NCBI GenBank assembly: GCA_963798085.1
Contig: CAWCRS010000003.1
Location: 352,001 to 416,000 of the forward strand
Direction: 5' to 3'
DNA: 64,000 nucleotides
Source of the DNA: an uncultured Gemmatimonadales bacterium
GTDB lineage: Bacteria; Gemmatimonadota; Gemmatimonadetes; Longimicrobiales; RSA9
Below, piece after piece: positions 50,909 through 60,295 of the stretch. Position numbers and translations under genes: made by a program. Position 1 is the first letter of the stretch, and each line of letters begins with the position of its first letter. The notes beneath the pieces were generated by a model, which had not been told where the DNA came from, did not search any database, and worked only from the letters and a program-made list of their open reading frames with translations.

Positions 50909-53566
50909 GTGACCCTCCCGCCCCTGCCCGCCGCGCACGTGCCGCGGCCGCGGCTGCTGCAATTGCTGCCCGCGGCGCCCGGCGATGTCGCAGCCATTAC
51001 GGCGCCTGCCGGCTGGGGCAAGACCACGCTGCTCGCGGAATGGGCGCGCCAGTGGCCGGGCAGCATTGCGTGGATCGCGCTCGACGCACGGCACCGCAAT
51101 GGCGGACTGCTGCTCGACGCCCTGCTCCGCTCGCTGCGGGCTGCGGGCGTGGCGCCGCCGCGGGCGGCCGGCCTCGTTGCCGACACCACCCGCCCCGTTG
51201 CGGAGCGCGCGGCACTGCTCGCGCAGCGTGTACGGCTGCGTGCGGGCAAACCACTCGCATTGATCGTCGACGACGCGCACCTCACCGATGCCGGCGACGC
51301 TGGCGCCGTGCTGGCTGCATTCCTGAAGTCGCTGCGCGGCATCGCGTGCGTCATCGCGGCGCGCGAGCGGCCGGCCTGCCTCGATGCCCGCGAATTCGTG
51401 TACGGTCGCGTGCGCGAGCTGGGCTGGCGCGAGCTGGCGCTGAATGGCGAGGAGATAACACAGCTGTTCGCGGGGGTGCGGACCGCGGACGATGCGACGT
51501 TCCTCGCACAGGCTGGAGCCCGCACAGCCGGCTGGGCCGCGGGCCTTCGCCTGCTCCGCCTGCACGCGGATCGCGGGCCGGCAGGAACGGCCCTCCCCGA
51601 TGCGTTGCTGGCCGGCGACGAAGCGCTGGCGGCGTTCTTCGCGGACGAAGTGCTCGCGTCGTTGTCGGACGAGGAGCGTCGCCTCCTCCATGATGCTTCC
51701 GTCCTCGACAGGCTGACGCCGGCCGCGTGTGCCGCTGTGCTGCGCTCGACGGCCGCATGGCCGCTGCTCTGCCGCCTGGAACGGCGGGGCAGCTTCGTCA
51801 TGGCGGAGGACGCGGCCCGCGCGGCGCTGCGCATGCACGCGCTGCTGCGCGAGACGCTGCTCCACCGTCTCTGCCACGACGCGCCCCAACACGCTGTCAG
51901 ACTGCACGGCCGCGCCGCGCGCTGGCACGCCCGCCAGGCACGCATGGAGCCGGCCATCGATCACGGACTGGCCGCCTTGTCCATCGCGCAGCGTGCGCGT
52001 CAGGCGGGCGCCGCGTCCCGTGTAGCCGACCATACGGCGGCGCTGCTCGAGGACGCGGCCGGTTCACTGCTGCCGCGCGGCGCGCGCGACTGGTTCCTCG
52101 AACGTGTGGATCGCATTCCCGAAGCGACGCTGGCGGCGAGGCCGTACCTCGCGCAGATCGAAGCCTGGGTGCGCCGGCGCGAGGCGGGCTGTCAGAGTAC
52201 CGCGCACATCGCGGCCGACGCGCCGCGCGCACAGCACGCGCGCTGCCTGCTCGCCGTGCGCGAAGTCCTGCGTGGCGCTCGGGAGCGCCATCCCGAAGCG
52301 CTGCGTGCGGCGGCGCTGGCCGCGCGTGCCGCGTTGCCCGCTGATGACATGTGGCTGCGCAACACCGTGGTTTCCGCGTTGCAGGTGGCCTACCGCTTCG
52401 GCGGCGATCCCGCGGTGGCGAGCGCGGCGATCGAAGAAATGCAGACGCTCGTGCAGCGCACGGATCGCCCACAGGAAGCGGCGCAGGCCAGGATCATGCT
52501 GGGTGTACTGTGCATGATGCAGGGCCGTCTGCACGCGGCGGAGGAGGCGCTGCAGCACGGCTTGTCGCTGGCACTCTCGAAGCTGGGCGACAATGCCGGC
52601 CTCACGGGCATGGCCGTGCAGTTCCTGGGCTACCTGCGCTACGAATGGAATCGCCTGGACGAGGCCGCGGCCTGCCTGGAGCGCGCCATCCGCATCGCAG
52701 AGCCGCTGGGACACCGCGGCATTCTCACCGGCGCCTGGCGCGTGCTCGCGCTCGTGCGTGCCCGCACCGGTGATCACGATGGCAGTCGCGCTGCAGTGGC
52801 GTCACTCGCGCGCATCATGGAAACACCGGATGCGGCGCCCATCGATCATGAATGGATGGATGGCGTGCGCGCGGCCACAGCACTGGCGCGCGCCGAGTAC
52901 GATACGCTGCCCGCCTGGCTCGCGCGTCGCGCCTACGACGCCGCTGCGCTGGCTGCGCTGCCATCGGCCTTGCTGCACGCGCGTATGCAGGAATGCTGCG
53001 TGGTCGCCGAAGCCGTGCTCGTGCTGGGGCGCCCCACCGAGTCGCTGGCGCTGGCGCGCGCACTGGAACGGGCCGCGGCAGAAGGTGAGCGACTCGGCTT
53101 CCGCGTGTGCACGCTGGTGCTTCAGGCGGCTGCGCTCGAAACGCTGCGTTCGTTCGCTGAAGCCAATGCGGCATTGCAGTGCGCACTGCGGCTGGCTGCG
53201 CCGGAAGGCATGGTGCGCGCCATTGCGGACGGTCCGCCGGCGCTGCGCAGCGTGCTCGCACGACATTGCGCCAACGGAACGGATAACGCGTTCCTGGAAG
53301 CCGTGCATGCCGCCGCCGGCACGAGCCCGCTGAACGGCAGCGCCCTGACCGTGCGCGAGCGCGAAGTCCTGGTCCTGCTCGAGCGCGGCCTGTCCAACAA
53401 GGCAATGGCGAGCGAGCTGCAGCTCTCGCTCGCCACCATCAAGACGCACCTCAATCATCTGTACGACAAGCTGGACGCGCGCAGCCGCACCCACGCACTC
53501 GCCCGCGCCCGCGCCGCCGGCTGGTTGCGAACGGAACCCGAGGCGGCGTCGTCGCCTGCGCTCTGA
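50909..53566 (+). CDS. MalT-like STAND ATPase / LuxR-HTH transcriptional regulator
   Basis: Walker A APAGWGKTTL, LIVDDAH, GWAAGL, TPR-like middle region, C-terminal LTVREREVL...TIKTHLNHLYDKL. Confidence 0.9.
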   Translation: MTLPPLPAAHVPRPRLLQLLPAAPGDVAAITAPAGWGKTTLLAEWARQWPGSIAWIALDARHRNGGLLLDALLRSLRAAGVAPPRAAGLVADTTRPVAERAALLAQRVRLRAGKPLALIVDDAHLTDAGDAGAVLAAFLKSLRGIACVIAARERPACLDAREFVYGRVRELGWRELALNGEEITQLFAGVRTADDATFLAQAGARTAGWAAGLRLLRLHADRGPAGTALPDALLAGDEALAAFFADEVLASLSDEERRLLHDASVLDRLTPAACAAVLRSTAAWPLLCRLERRGSFVMAEDAARAALRMHALLRETLLHRLCHDAPQHAVRLHGRAARWHARQARMEPAIDHGLAALSIAQRARQAGAASRVADHTAALLEDAAGSLLPRGARDWFLERVDRIPEATLAARPYLAQIEAWVRRREAGCQSTAHIAADAPRAQHARCLLAVREVLRGARERHPEALRAAALAARAALPADDMWLRNTVVSALQVAYRFGGDPAVASAAIEEMQTLVQRTDRPQEAAQARIMLGVLCMMQGRLHAAEEALQHGLSLALSKLGDNAGLTGMAVQFLGYLRYEWNRLDEAAACLERAIRIAEPLGHRGILTGAWRVLALVRARTGDHDGSRAAVASLARIMETPDAAPIDHEWMDGVRAATALARAEYDTLPAWLARRAYDAAALAALPSALLHARMQECCVVAEAVLVLGRPTESLALARALERAAAEGERLGFRVCTLVLQAAALETLRSFAEANAALQCALRLAAPEGMVRAIADGPPALRSVLARHCANGTDNAFLEAVHAAAGTSPLNGSALTVREREVLVLLERGLSNKAMASELQLSLATIKTHLNHLYDKLDARSRTHALARARAAGWLRTEPEAASSPAL

Positions 53567-53572
53567 TCCGCT

Positions 53573-53728
53573 TCAGAACAGCCAGGCGAGGCCCAGCTGC
53601 AGGGAGCGGCGCGCGCCCGGTGTGAAGCTCAGCTCCGTGATGCCGCCCTCCGGTTCGCGCGCGGGTGATACGACAGCAGCCAGCGCAACGGCGAGGACAG
53701 GCAGGAAAGGACGGAAACCCGCACACAT
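53573..53728 (-). pseudogene. 51-aa ORF: signal peptide fused to a TonB-dependent-receptor-like C-terminal beta-strand (probable internal deletion remnant)
   Basis: GAGGAG RBS; MCAGFRPFLPVLAVALAAVVSPAR-EPEGGITELSFTPGARRSLQLGLAWLF* with terminal Phe. Confidence 0.5.
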
Positions 53729-54152
53729 GAGCCAGACTCCTCGCGATAACAGGCGATTCCGTTGCGTTCGGCTGAGGCCGTGATCGAGAAGCCCGACTCC
53801 TCGGTGAAGTAGCCCGTGATCGACCGGTTCGGTTGCTGCACGTCCTGCGTCGGGACCGCGGCGGCTGGATTGAGCGGCGGGCTCATCCGGGTCGGCAGCA
53901 CGCAACGGCTCGACCTGGATGCGGCGAATGCCCCCGTCCGCGGCAACGAGCGAGCGGCTCGGGGCCGGTCTTGCGAATCCGGGATTGGCCATCGCAGATG
54001 CGGACGGTAGCCGAGTCGTGCCTTCCACTTGAAACGATTGTCCTGCAACGACTTGCACCAGGGTCCATGCCTTGCCACTCACCGGTGCAGGAGCGCCGGC
54101 CGATGGCAGTGAAGTGACACGCGATTCCGGCCGGCAGCGAAGGAGTGGTCCC

Positions 54153-54335
54153 GTGAAATCGATCATGACAATGCGGCACGCGATTGCCGCCGCAGTCTCC
54201 CTGCTGGCGCTGGTCAGCATCGCGCTCGGTGCCCGCCCGCATCCGGCGGTGAGCGGCGCGAGCGACGCCGTTGTCTACCCGGCTGTTCGCAATGCGCCGG
54301 CCCCGGCCGCGGCGCCGCTCACCCGACGCGGCTGA
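54153..54335 (+). CDS. Small (60 aa) signal-peptide/single-TM protein coupled to the downstream permease
   Basis: AAGGAG RBS, GTG start, hydrophobic AIAAAVSLLALVSIALG; its stop overlaps the next ATG (TGATG). Confidence 0.55.
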   Translation: MKSIMTMRHAIAAAVSLLALVSIALGARPHPAVSGASDAVVYPAVRNAPAPAAAPLTRRG

Positions 54336-56746
54336 TGCGCCTGCTGCACGATCTGCGACTGGCGGCGCGCGCGCTGCGCCGCCGCCCCGGCTTCACGCTG
54401 GCCGCGGCCGGCACGCTGGCACTGGCCATCGCTTCCGTGACCGTCGTGTTCACGGTTTCTAACGATGTGTTGCTCCGGCCGCTGGCCTTTCCGCGTCCGG
54501 ACCGGCTCGCGCAGGTCTACGAGCGTCAGCTCGATCGCGGCTCCGGACACGTCGAGGAGCGCGGCTATTTCGCCTGGCAGAACTACGCCGACATACGGGA
54601 ACAGGTCCCGGCTTTTTCTGCGATCACGGCCTGGCAGTACTACGACAGGACGCTGATGGGCGTGCAGAATGCCCGCCGCCTCGCCGGCCGCATGGTGACG
54701 CCGGAATTCTTCCGCGTGTTCGGCGTGCAGCCGCTGCTGGGACGCGCGTTCGGTGCGGAAGACGCGACGGAAGGCCATCAGCGCGTCGCCATCCTGGGCT
54801 GGGGCGTCTGGCAGAATGCATTCGCCGGTGATGCCGGCATTGTCGGACGCACGATTTCGCTGGACGGTGACAGTTATGCGGTGGTGGGGGTGATGCCACC
54901 CGGCTTCGATTTCCCCTACGATGCCCAGCTCTGGATGCCGCTGGTGCCGTTTCTGGGCGACAACGGCGAAGGGGCACGACGCTTCCACCGTTATCGCGTT
55001 GCCGGCCGTCTTGCCGACGGCGCAACGCTGCTCACTGCACGAGCCGAGCTGACGTCGCTGGCGGACCGTCTGGGCAGGGCATTCCCCGAGACCAACGCGG
55101 ATGCAGGCCTGCGCGCGGTGCCGTTGCGCAATGTGCTGGTGGGTGATGCACGGCCCGGACTGCGCGCGCTGTCGGCCGCAGTGGCGTTCCTGCTGCTCAT
55201 CGCGTGCGCCAACATTGCGGGACTGATGCTGGCGCGAGCCGTGGGCCGGGCACGTGATCTCGGCGTGCGCGCCGCGCTCGGCGCGTCGCGTCGGCGCCTG
55301 CTGACAGAGCTGTTGACGGAGAGTCTGCTGCTCGCGCTGCTGGGTGGCGTCGCCGGGGTCATGCTGGCCGCGTGGGGCCTGCAGGCGTTCCTCGCGCTGG
55401 TGGGCGATGCGCTGCCCCGCGCCCGCGAGGTCCACATGGATGGTCAGGCGCTGCTGCTTTCCCTCGTCGTCACGGTCGCGGCGGGCCTGCTTTTCGGCAT
55501 CCTGCCGGCCGTGCGCTTCTCCCGCGACCCGTCACCCGCCCTGCTCCGCGGGGGACGCTCCGGCGCAGGTGACCTGGGCGCGGGCAGGCTGCGCATGGTG
55601 CTCACTTCGGCGCAGCTGGCACTCGCGTTCCTGCTGGTCAGCGGCGCCGCGCTCCTGCTGAACAGCTTCGTGCAGCTGCAACGCGGTGTTATCGGCGTCG
55701 ACCCGGTCGGTCTGCTGACCATGGACGTGTCGCTGCCCGAGGCCAGATACGCGACACCGGCACAGAGTGTGGGCTTCTATGACCAGCTGATCGCGCGCGT
55801 CCAGGCGCTGCCCGGCGTGCGCGCGGCCGCGGCCGGCCTCACCTGGCCGCTGGGTGGCAGCGGCTGGCGCAATCGCCTCTACATCGAAGGCGAAGCGCGG
55901 GCGGAGGCCGAACTGCCCCAGGTCGCCTATGACATCGTTACGCCCGGCTGGTTCCGCACCAGCGGCATCCGCCTGCTGAATTGCACGGACGTCAGCGCGC
56001 GCAGCGATCCCGCCGCGCAGACCGTCGTCATTAACCATGCGTTAGAACAGCGCTGGTTCGCCGGACGCGAGCCGATCGGTCGGCGCGTCCGCTTCGACCC
56101 GAAGTCGCCCTGGGCAACCATTGTCGGCGTCGCCGCTGATGTGCCACCGTCCTTGACCGATCCGCCCGAACCCGCCGTGTTCGTGCCCAGCACTCTCGAG
56201 CCGAACCTCTCCCTGACGCTGCTGGTGCGCGCCGAGGGGGACGCCGGCATCGTCGCCGGAGCCGTACGTTCCGCGCTGCGCTCGCTGGATGCCGACGTGC
56301 CGGTGACACGCGTCGCCACCCTGGATGAGCGCCTCGCCGAATCGATCGCGCAGCCGCGCTACCTGATGACCATCGTCGCATTGTTCGCCGCGCTGGCGCT
56401 CCTGCTCACGTGCGTCGGCTTGTACGGGGTCCTGGCGTACCTCGTGGGCAGGCGCACACGCGAGCTGGGCCTGCGCGTGGCCATTGGCGCGCGCCCGCGC
56501 AATCTGTTGACACTCGTTCTCGGCGAGGGTGTGATCATGGCGGCAGCCGGCATTGCGGCCGGTCTCGCCGGCGCACTCGCGCTGCGCCGCGCCATCGCCA
56601 CGCTGCTCTTCCACACGAGCCCCAGCGATCCGCGCATCCTGGCCGGCGTGGCGCTGCTCGTCCTCGCCGTTACGCTCCTCGCCAGCTGGCAGCCCGCCCG
56701 CCGCGCCGCCCGGATCGATCCCATGCGGGCGCTCCACAGCGACTGA
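54335..56746 (+). CDS. ADOP-type duplicated ABC permease
   Basis: DLRLAARALRRRPGF, LLIACANIAG, VRAALGASR, RELGLRVAIGA, PARRAARIDP. Confidence 0.92.
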   Translation: MRLLHDLRLAARALRRRPGFTLAAAGTLALAIASVTVVFTVSNDVLLRPLAFPRPDRLAQVYERQLDRGSGHVEERGYFAWQNYADIREQVPAFSAITAWQYYDRTLMGVQNARRLAGRMVTPEFFRVFGVQPLLGRAFGAEDATEGHQRVAILGWGVWQNAFAGDAGIVGRTISLDGDSYAVVGVMPPGFDFPYDAQLWMPLVPFLGDNGEGARRFHRYRVAGRLADGATLLTARAELTSLADRLGRAFPETNADAGLRAVPLRNVLVGDARPGLRALSAAVAFLLLIACANIAGLMLARAVGRARDLGVRAALGASRRRLLTELLTESLLLALLGGVAGVMLAAWGLQAFLALVGDALPRAREVHMDGQALLLSLVVTVAAGLLFGILPAVRFSRDPSPALLRGGRSGAGDLGAGRLRMVLTSAQLALAFLLVSGAALLLNSFVQLQRGVIGVDPVGLLTMDVSLPEARYATPAQSVGFYDQLIARVQALPGVRAAAAGLTWPLGGSGWRNRLYIEGEARAEAELPQVAYDIVTPGWFRTSGIRLLNCTDVSARSDPAAQTVVINHALEQRWFAGREPIGRRVRFDPKSPWATIVGVAADVPPSLTDPPEPAVFVPSTLEPNLSLTLLVRAEGDAGIVAGAVRSALRSLDADVPVTRVATLDERLAESIAQPRYLMTIVALFAALALLLTCVGLYGVLAYLVGRRTRELGLRVAIGARPRNLLTLVLGEGVIMAAAGIAAGLAGALALRRAIATLLFHTSPSDPRILAGVALLVLAVTLLASWQPARRAARIDPMRALHSD

Positions 56747-56778
56747 GCCCGACCCGTCCGCTGCGACGTCACCGTCGC

Positions 56779-56811
56779 CTGTTACATTGCCTTTACAGTT
56801 CCTTTACCCGG
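56779..56811 (+). promoter_or_regulatory. Pho-box-like 11-bp direct repeats upstream of pstC
   Basis: CTGTTACATTG-CCTTTACAGTT-CCTTTACCCGG; TTAC at 56782, 56793 and 56804. Confidence 0.7.
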
Positions 56812-56840
56812 CCGCTATGCGCCAGGCTGACGTTCCAGCC

Positions 56841-57845
56841 ATGGGTGTAATGGAGGTCCCCGAGAAGCCGGCGATCCTGGAGGCGGCGCCCGCGCGGACC
56901 TGGCGCGGCCCCGGCCAGGATGCGCGGCGCCGGTCCCTGGGCAACGGCATCTACGCCGGCGTAACACTGGTGTTCGCACTGTGCGTGCCGGGGCTGCTGC
57001 TGGTGATCGCCGGGGTGGTGCTGGTCGCGGCGTGGCCCGCGCTGCACACGTTCGGTCTCTCCTTCGTGACGTCCAGTGACTGGGACCCGGTGGCGCATCA
57101 TTTCGGCGTGCTGCCCGCAATGTACGGCACCGTTGTTTCATCCGCGGTCGCCCTGATCATCGCGACGCCGCTGGCGGTGGGCGCGGCCGTGTTCCTCTCC
57201 GAACTGGCGCCGCGCTGGCTGCGGCGCCCCGTGGCCAGCCTGATGGATCTGCTGGCGGCGGTGCCCAGCGTCGTCTACGGCTTGTGGGCGATCTTCGTGC
57301 TGATTCCATTCCTGCGCACGTACGTGATGCCGTTCCTGCGGGACACACTGCATCTGGGGGCGACGCCGTTCTTCTCCGGACCGGCGTACGGTCCGAGCAT
57401 GCTGGCCGCCGGCGTGATTCTCGCCATCATGGTGCTGCCCTACATCTCGGCTGTTTCCCGCGAAGTGCTTCTCACCGTGCCGCGCGCGCAGCGTGAGGCC
57501 GCGCTGGCACTGGGTGCGACGCGCTGGGAGACGATCCGGCGCGTGGTACTGCCGTTCGCCCGCTCCGGCATCGTGGGCGGCGTAATCCTCGGTCTGGGTC
57601 GCGCGCTGGGTGAGACCATGGCGGTGACCATGGTGATCGGCAATCGCAACGAGGTCGCGGCTTCGCTGTTCGCGCCCGGCAACACGCTGGCCTCGCTGGT
57701 CGCGAACAAGTTTTCGGAGGCGACCGGCGACCTCGAGCTGTCGGCGCTGATGGCTGCGGGCTTCGTGCTGCTGCTGATTTCGCTGCTGGTGAACGCGGGC
57801 GCGCGCTGGCTGGTGTGGCGCACGGCGAGGGATCTGCGCGTATGA
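56841..57845 (+). CDS. pstC: Phosphate ABC transporter permease PstC
   Basis: WDPV..FGVLP, LLAAVPSVVYGLW, REAALALGATRWE, GRALGETMAVTMVIGN. Confidence 0.95.
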   Translation: MGVMEVPEKPAILEAAPARTWRGPGQDARRRSLGNGIYAGVTLVFALCVPGLLLVIAGVVLVAAWPALHTFGLSFVTSSDWDPVAHHFGVLPAMYGTVVSSAVALIIATPLAVGAAVFLSELAPRWLRRPVASLMDLLAAVPSVVYGLWAIFVLIPFLRTYVMPFLRDTLHLGATPFFSGPAYGPSMLAAGVILAIMVLPYISAVSREVLLTVPRAQREAALALGATRWETIRRVVLPFARSGIVGGVILGLGRALGETMAVTMVIGNRNEVAASLFAPGNTLASLVANKFSEATGDLELSALMAAGFVLLLISLLVNAGARWLVWRTARDLRV

Positions 57846-58684
57846 GGGCCTCGCTGCTGCGCCGTTTCACGAACCGCCTGATGCTGGGCCTGGCGTTGCT
57901 GTGCGCACTCCTGACCCTGCTGCCGCTGTTCCTCGTGCTCTCCTATCTGCTGGCGAAGGGCGCCTCCAGCCTTTCGGTTTCGTTCTTCACGCACATGCCC
58001 AAGCCGGTGGGTGAAGCGGGCGGGGGCATGGCTAACGCAATGGTAGGGACACTGATCATCCTGGCGGTGGCTGCGCTGCTGGGTGTGCCCGTGGGCGTGG
58101 GCGCGGGTGTCTACCTCGCGGAGCACAAGGCCAGCTCGATCGCGTCGAGCGTGCGGCTGACCGCTGACGTTCTGGGCGGCGTGCCTTCCATCGTGATGGG
58201 CGCGTTCGCATGGCAGCTGCTGGTACGTCCGGTCGGGCATTTCTCGGCGCTCGCGGGCGGTCTGGCACTGGGCGTCATGATGGTGCCGACCGTGGCGCGC
58301 ACCACCGAGGAGATGGTGTTGACGGTACCGCTGCCCCTGCGCAATGCGGCGCTGGCCCTCGGCGCCGCGCAGTGGCAGGCGTCGCTCCGCGTCGTGCTTC
58401 CCACGGCAATGGCGGGCATCGTGACGGGCATCATGGTTGCCATGGCCAGGGTCGCTGGTGAAACAGCGCCGCTCCTGTTCACCGCGTTCGGCAATCAGTT
58501 CTGGTCGACATCGCTGCGCCAGCCCATCGCAGCCCTGCCCCTGACCGTCTTCAACTACGCCATCAGCGCCTACGAGGAATGGCACCGGCTGGCGTGGGCC
58601 GGCGCGCTCGTGCTGATCTTCCTCGTCTTTGTGATTGGCATCTTCGCCCGCTTCGCCGCGCGACAGCGCCACATCGAGCAGTAG
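57842..58684 (+). CDS. pstA: Phosphate ABC transporter permease PstA
   Basis: GGGMANAMVGT, GVPSIV, ARVAGETAPLLFT, LAWAGALVL. Confidence 0.95.
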   Translation: MRASLLRRFTNRLMLGLALLCALLTLLPLFLVLSYLLAKGASSLSVSFFTHMPKPVGEAGGGMANAMVGTLIILAVAALLGVPVGVGAGVYLAEHKASSIASSVRLTADVLGGVPSIVMGAFAWQLLVRPVGHFSALAGGLALGVMMVPTVARTTEEMVLTVPLPLRNAALALGAAQWQASLRVVLPTAMAGIVTGIMVAMARVAGETAPLLFTAFGNQFWSTSLRQPIAALPLTVFNYAISAYEEWHRLAWAGALVLIFLVFVIGIFARFAARQRHIEQ

Positions 58685-58714
58685 GCGTTTCCGGAGGCCG
58701 TCGGCCGAAGGCCG

Positions 58715-58758
58715 CAGTGACATCGCTGTTACGTAACTGTCGTTTTCGGTTTACCGCG
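58715..58758 (+). promoter_or_regulatory. Pho-box-like 11-bp direct repeats upstream of pstS
   Basis: CAGTGACATCG-CTGTTACGTAA-CTGTCGTTTTC-GGTTTACCGCG. Confidence 0.72.
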
Positions 58759-58841
58759 TAGTGATATGCTCCGTGGGCATGGTGCAGCGCGCTTCACGCT
58801 GCGGGCACCTGCGCCGGTACAACAATCCAGGAGAACCTTCG

Positions 58842-59880
58842 ATGACTCGCAAGCTGACGCTCGCAGTGCTCTCGCTGCTCATCGCAGCCCCGCCCGCCGC
58901 CGTCCGTGCACAGGGCGCTGACCTCACGGGCGCGGGCGCGACATTCCCGTATCCGATCTACTCGAAGTGGTTCGATACCTACGCATCGACCAAGGGTGTG
59001 AAGATCAACTACCAGTCGATCGGTTCCGGTGGCGGTATTCGCCAGCTCGTCGAGCAGACAGTCGACTTCGGCGCGTCGGACGGCCCCATGAGCGATCAGG
59101 AAATGGCGGGCGCAAAGGGGGGTGCGGTGCTGCACATTCCGACCGTCATTGGCGCGCTGGCCATCGTCTACAACCTGGACCTGAAACAGCCGCTGAAGCT
59201 CAGCGGCGACGTGGTCGCCGACATTTTCCTGGGCAAGATCACGAAATGGAATGATGCCCGCATGGTGGCGCTCAACCCGGGTGTCGTGCTTCCGAAAGGC
59301 GACATTCTCGTAGTGCACCGGTCGGAATGCCAGCGGCACATCGTACGTGTTCACGGACTACCTGTCGGCGGTGAGCCCGGCATGGAAGGCCGGACCGGGG
59401 CGGGGCAAGGATGTGGCGTGGCCGGTGGGTCTCGGCAGCAAAGGCAATGAGGGCGTGTCCGGCCAGGTCACGCAGCTGCCCGGCTCGATCGGTTATGTCG
59501 AGCTGGCCTATGCGAAGCAGAACGGCGTGAAGTACGCCCTGATCCGCAACGCGGCCGGCAAGTTCCTGGCGCCCTCGATCGAAGGCGCGACGGCGGCCGC
59601 CGCGGGCGTGGCTCAGGCACTGCCCGCCACCACGGATTTTCGCATATCCATTGTGAATGGAGCCGGCGACGCGGCGTACCCGATCTCTTCGTTCACCTGG
59701 ATCCTGATCTACAAGAATCAGCGCGATGCGGTGAAGGGCGCCAAGCTGCTGGCCTTCCTGCGCTGGGCCCTGCACGAGGGACAGCAGCAGGTCCCGGCGC
59801 TGGACTACGCGCCACTCCCCGCGAACATCGTGGCAATGCTCGACCAGCGTCTCAAGACGGTGAGCATGGCGGCGCGCTGA
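58842..59880 (+). CDS. pstS: Phosphate-binding protein PstS; +1 frameshift near 59327
   Basis: GAGATFPYPIYSKW, YQSIGSGGG, DFGASD; after the shift GKGNEGV-like SKGNEGV, IGYVELAYA, YPISSFTW. Confidence 0.93.
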
Positions 59881-59889
59881 CTTCTGTTT

Positions 59890-60087
59890 CCGGACCGTCT
59901 TGGCGTTGTTGGCTTTCGGCCGATCGACGCATGGGTTGGATCCGCATCCGTTCCAGGCCGGAGCTCGCGCTGGCTCGTCCGCGCATCAGCGCGACCGTTT
60001 GTGCCGGGCTCCGCCTGGATCAGGGACTCAAGCGGGTCCTTGCCATGAGCGCTTGAGACGCAACCCACGAACGCCAAGACGGTCCGA
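59890..60087. repeat. Family A element (198 bp variant)
   Basis: CCGGACCGTCTTGGCGTT ... GAACGCCAAGACGGTCCGA, starting 10 bp after the pstS stop. Confidence 0.85.
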
Positions 60088-60295
60088 GGGCGTTGCCCTT
60101 CTCCCCCAACAACTTGCATCACGCCGGACCGGTCAAAGTCGCCTTCCGGCCGATCCGGTCATGTAGCCTTCGTGGGATTCGCCTCGCACCCAACACCGCC
60201 GATCGCCGCCCCGCGCCACTTCTCACATCCCGACTGATCCGTCATCTTGGGCCCCGCTCGCGCACGCCGAGGCACGCGCTACGGAGGGAGGGAGC

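Noticed and set aside
53729..54150. Cobalamin riboswitch or sigma54 promoter upstream of the receptor remnant
   Set aside because: No B12-box or GGGAA/GCAACTG consensus and no correctly spaced GG-N10-GC element was found by eye.
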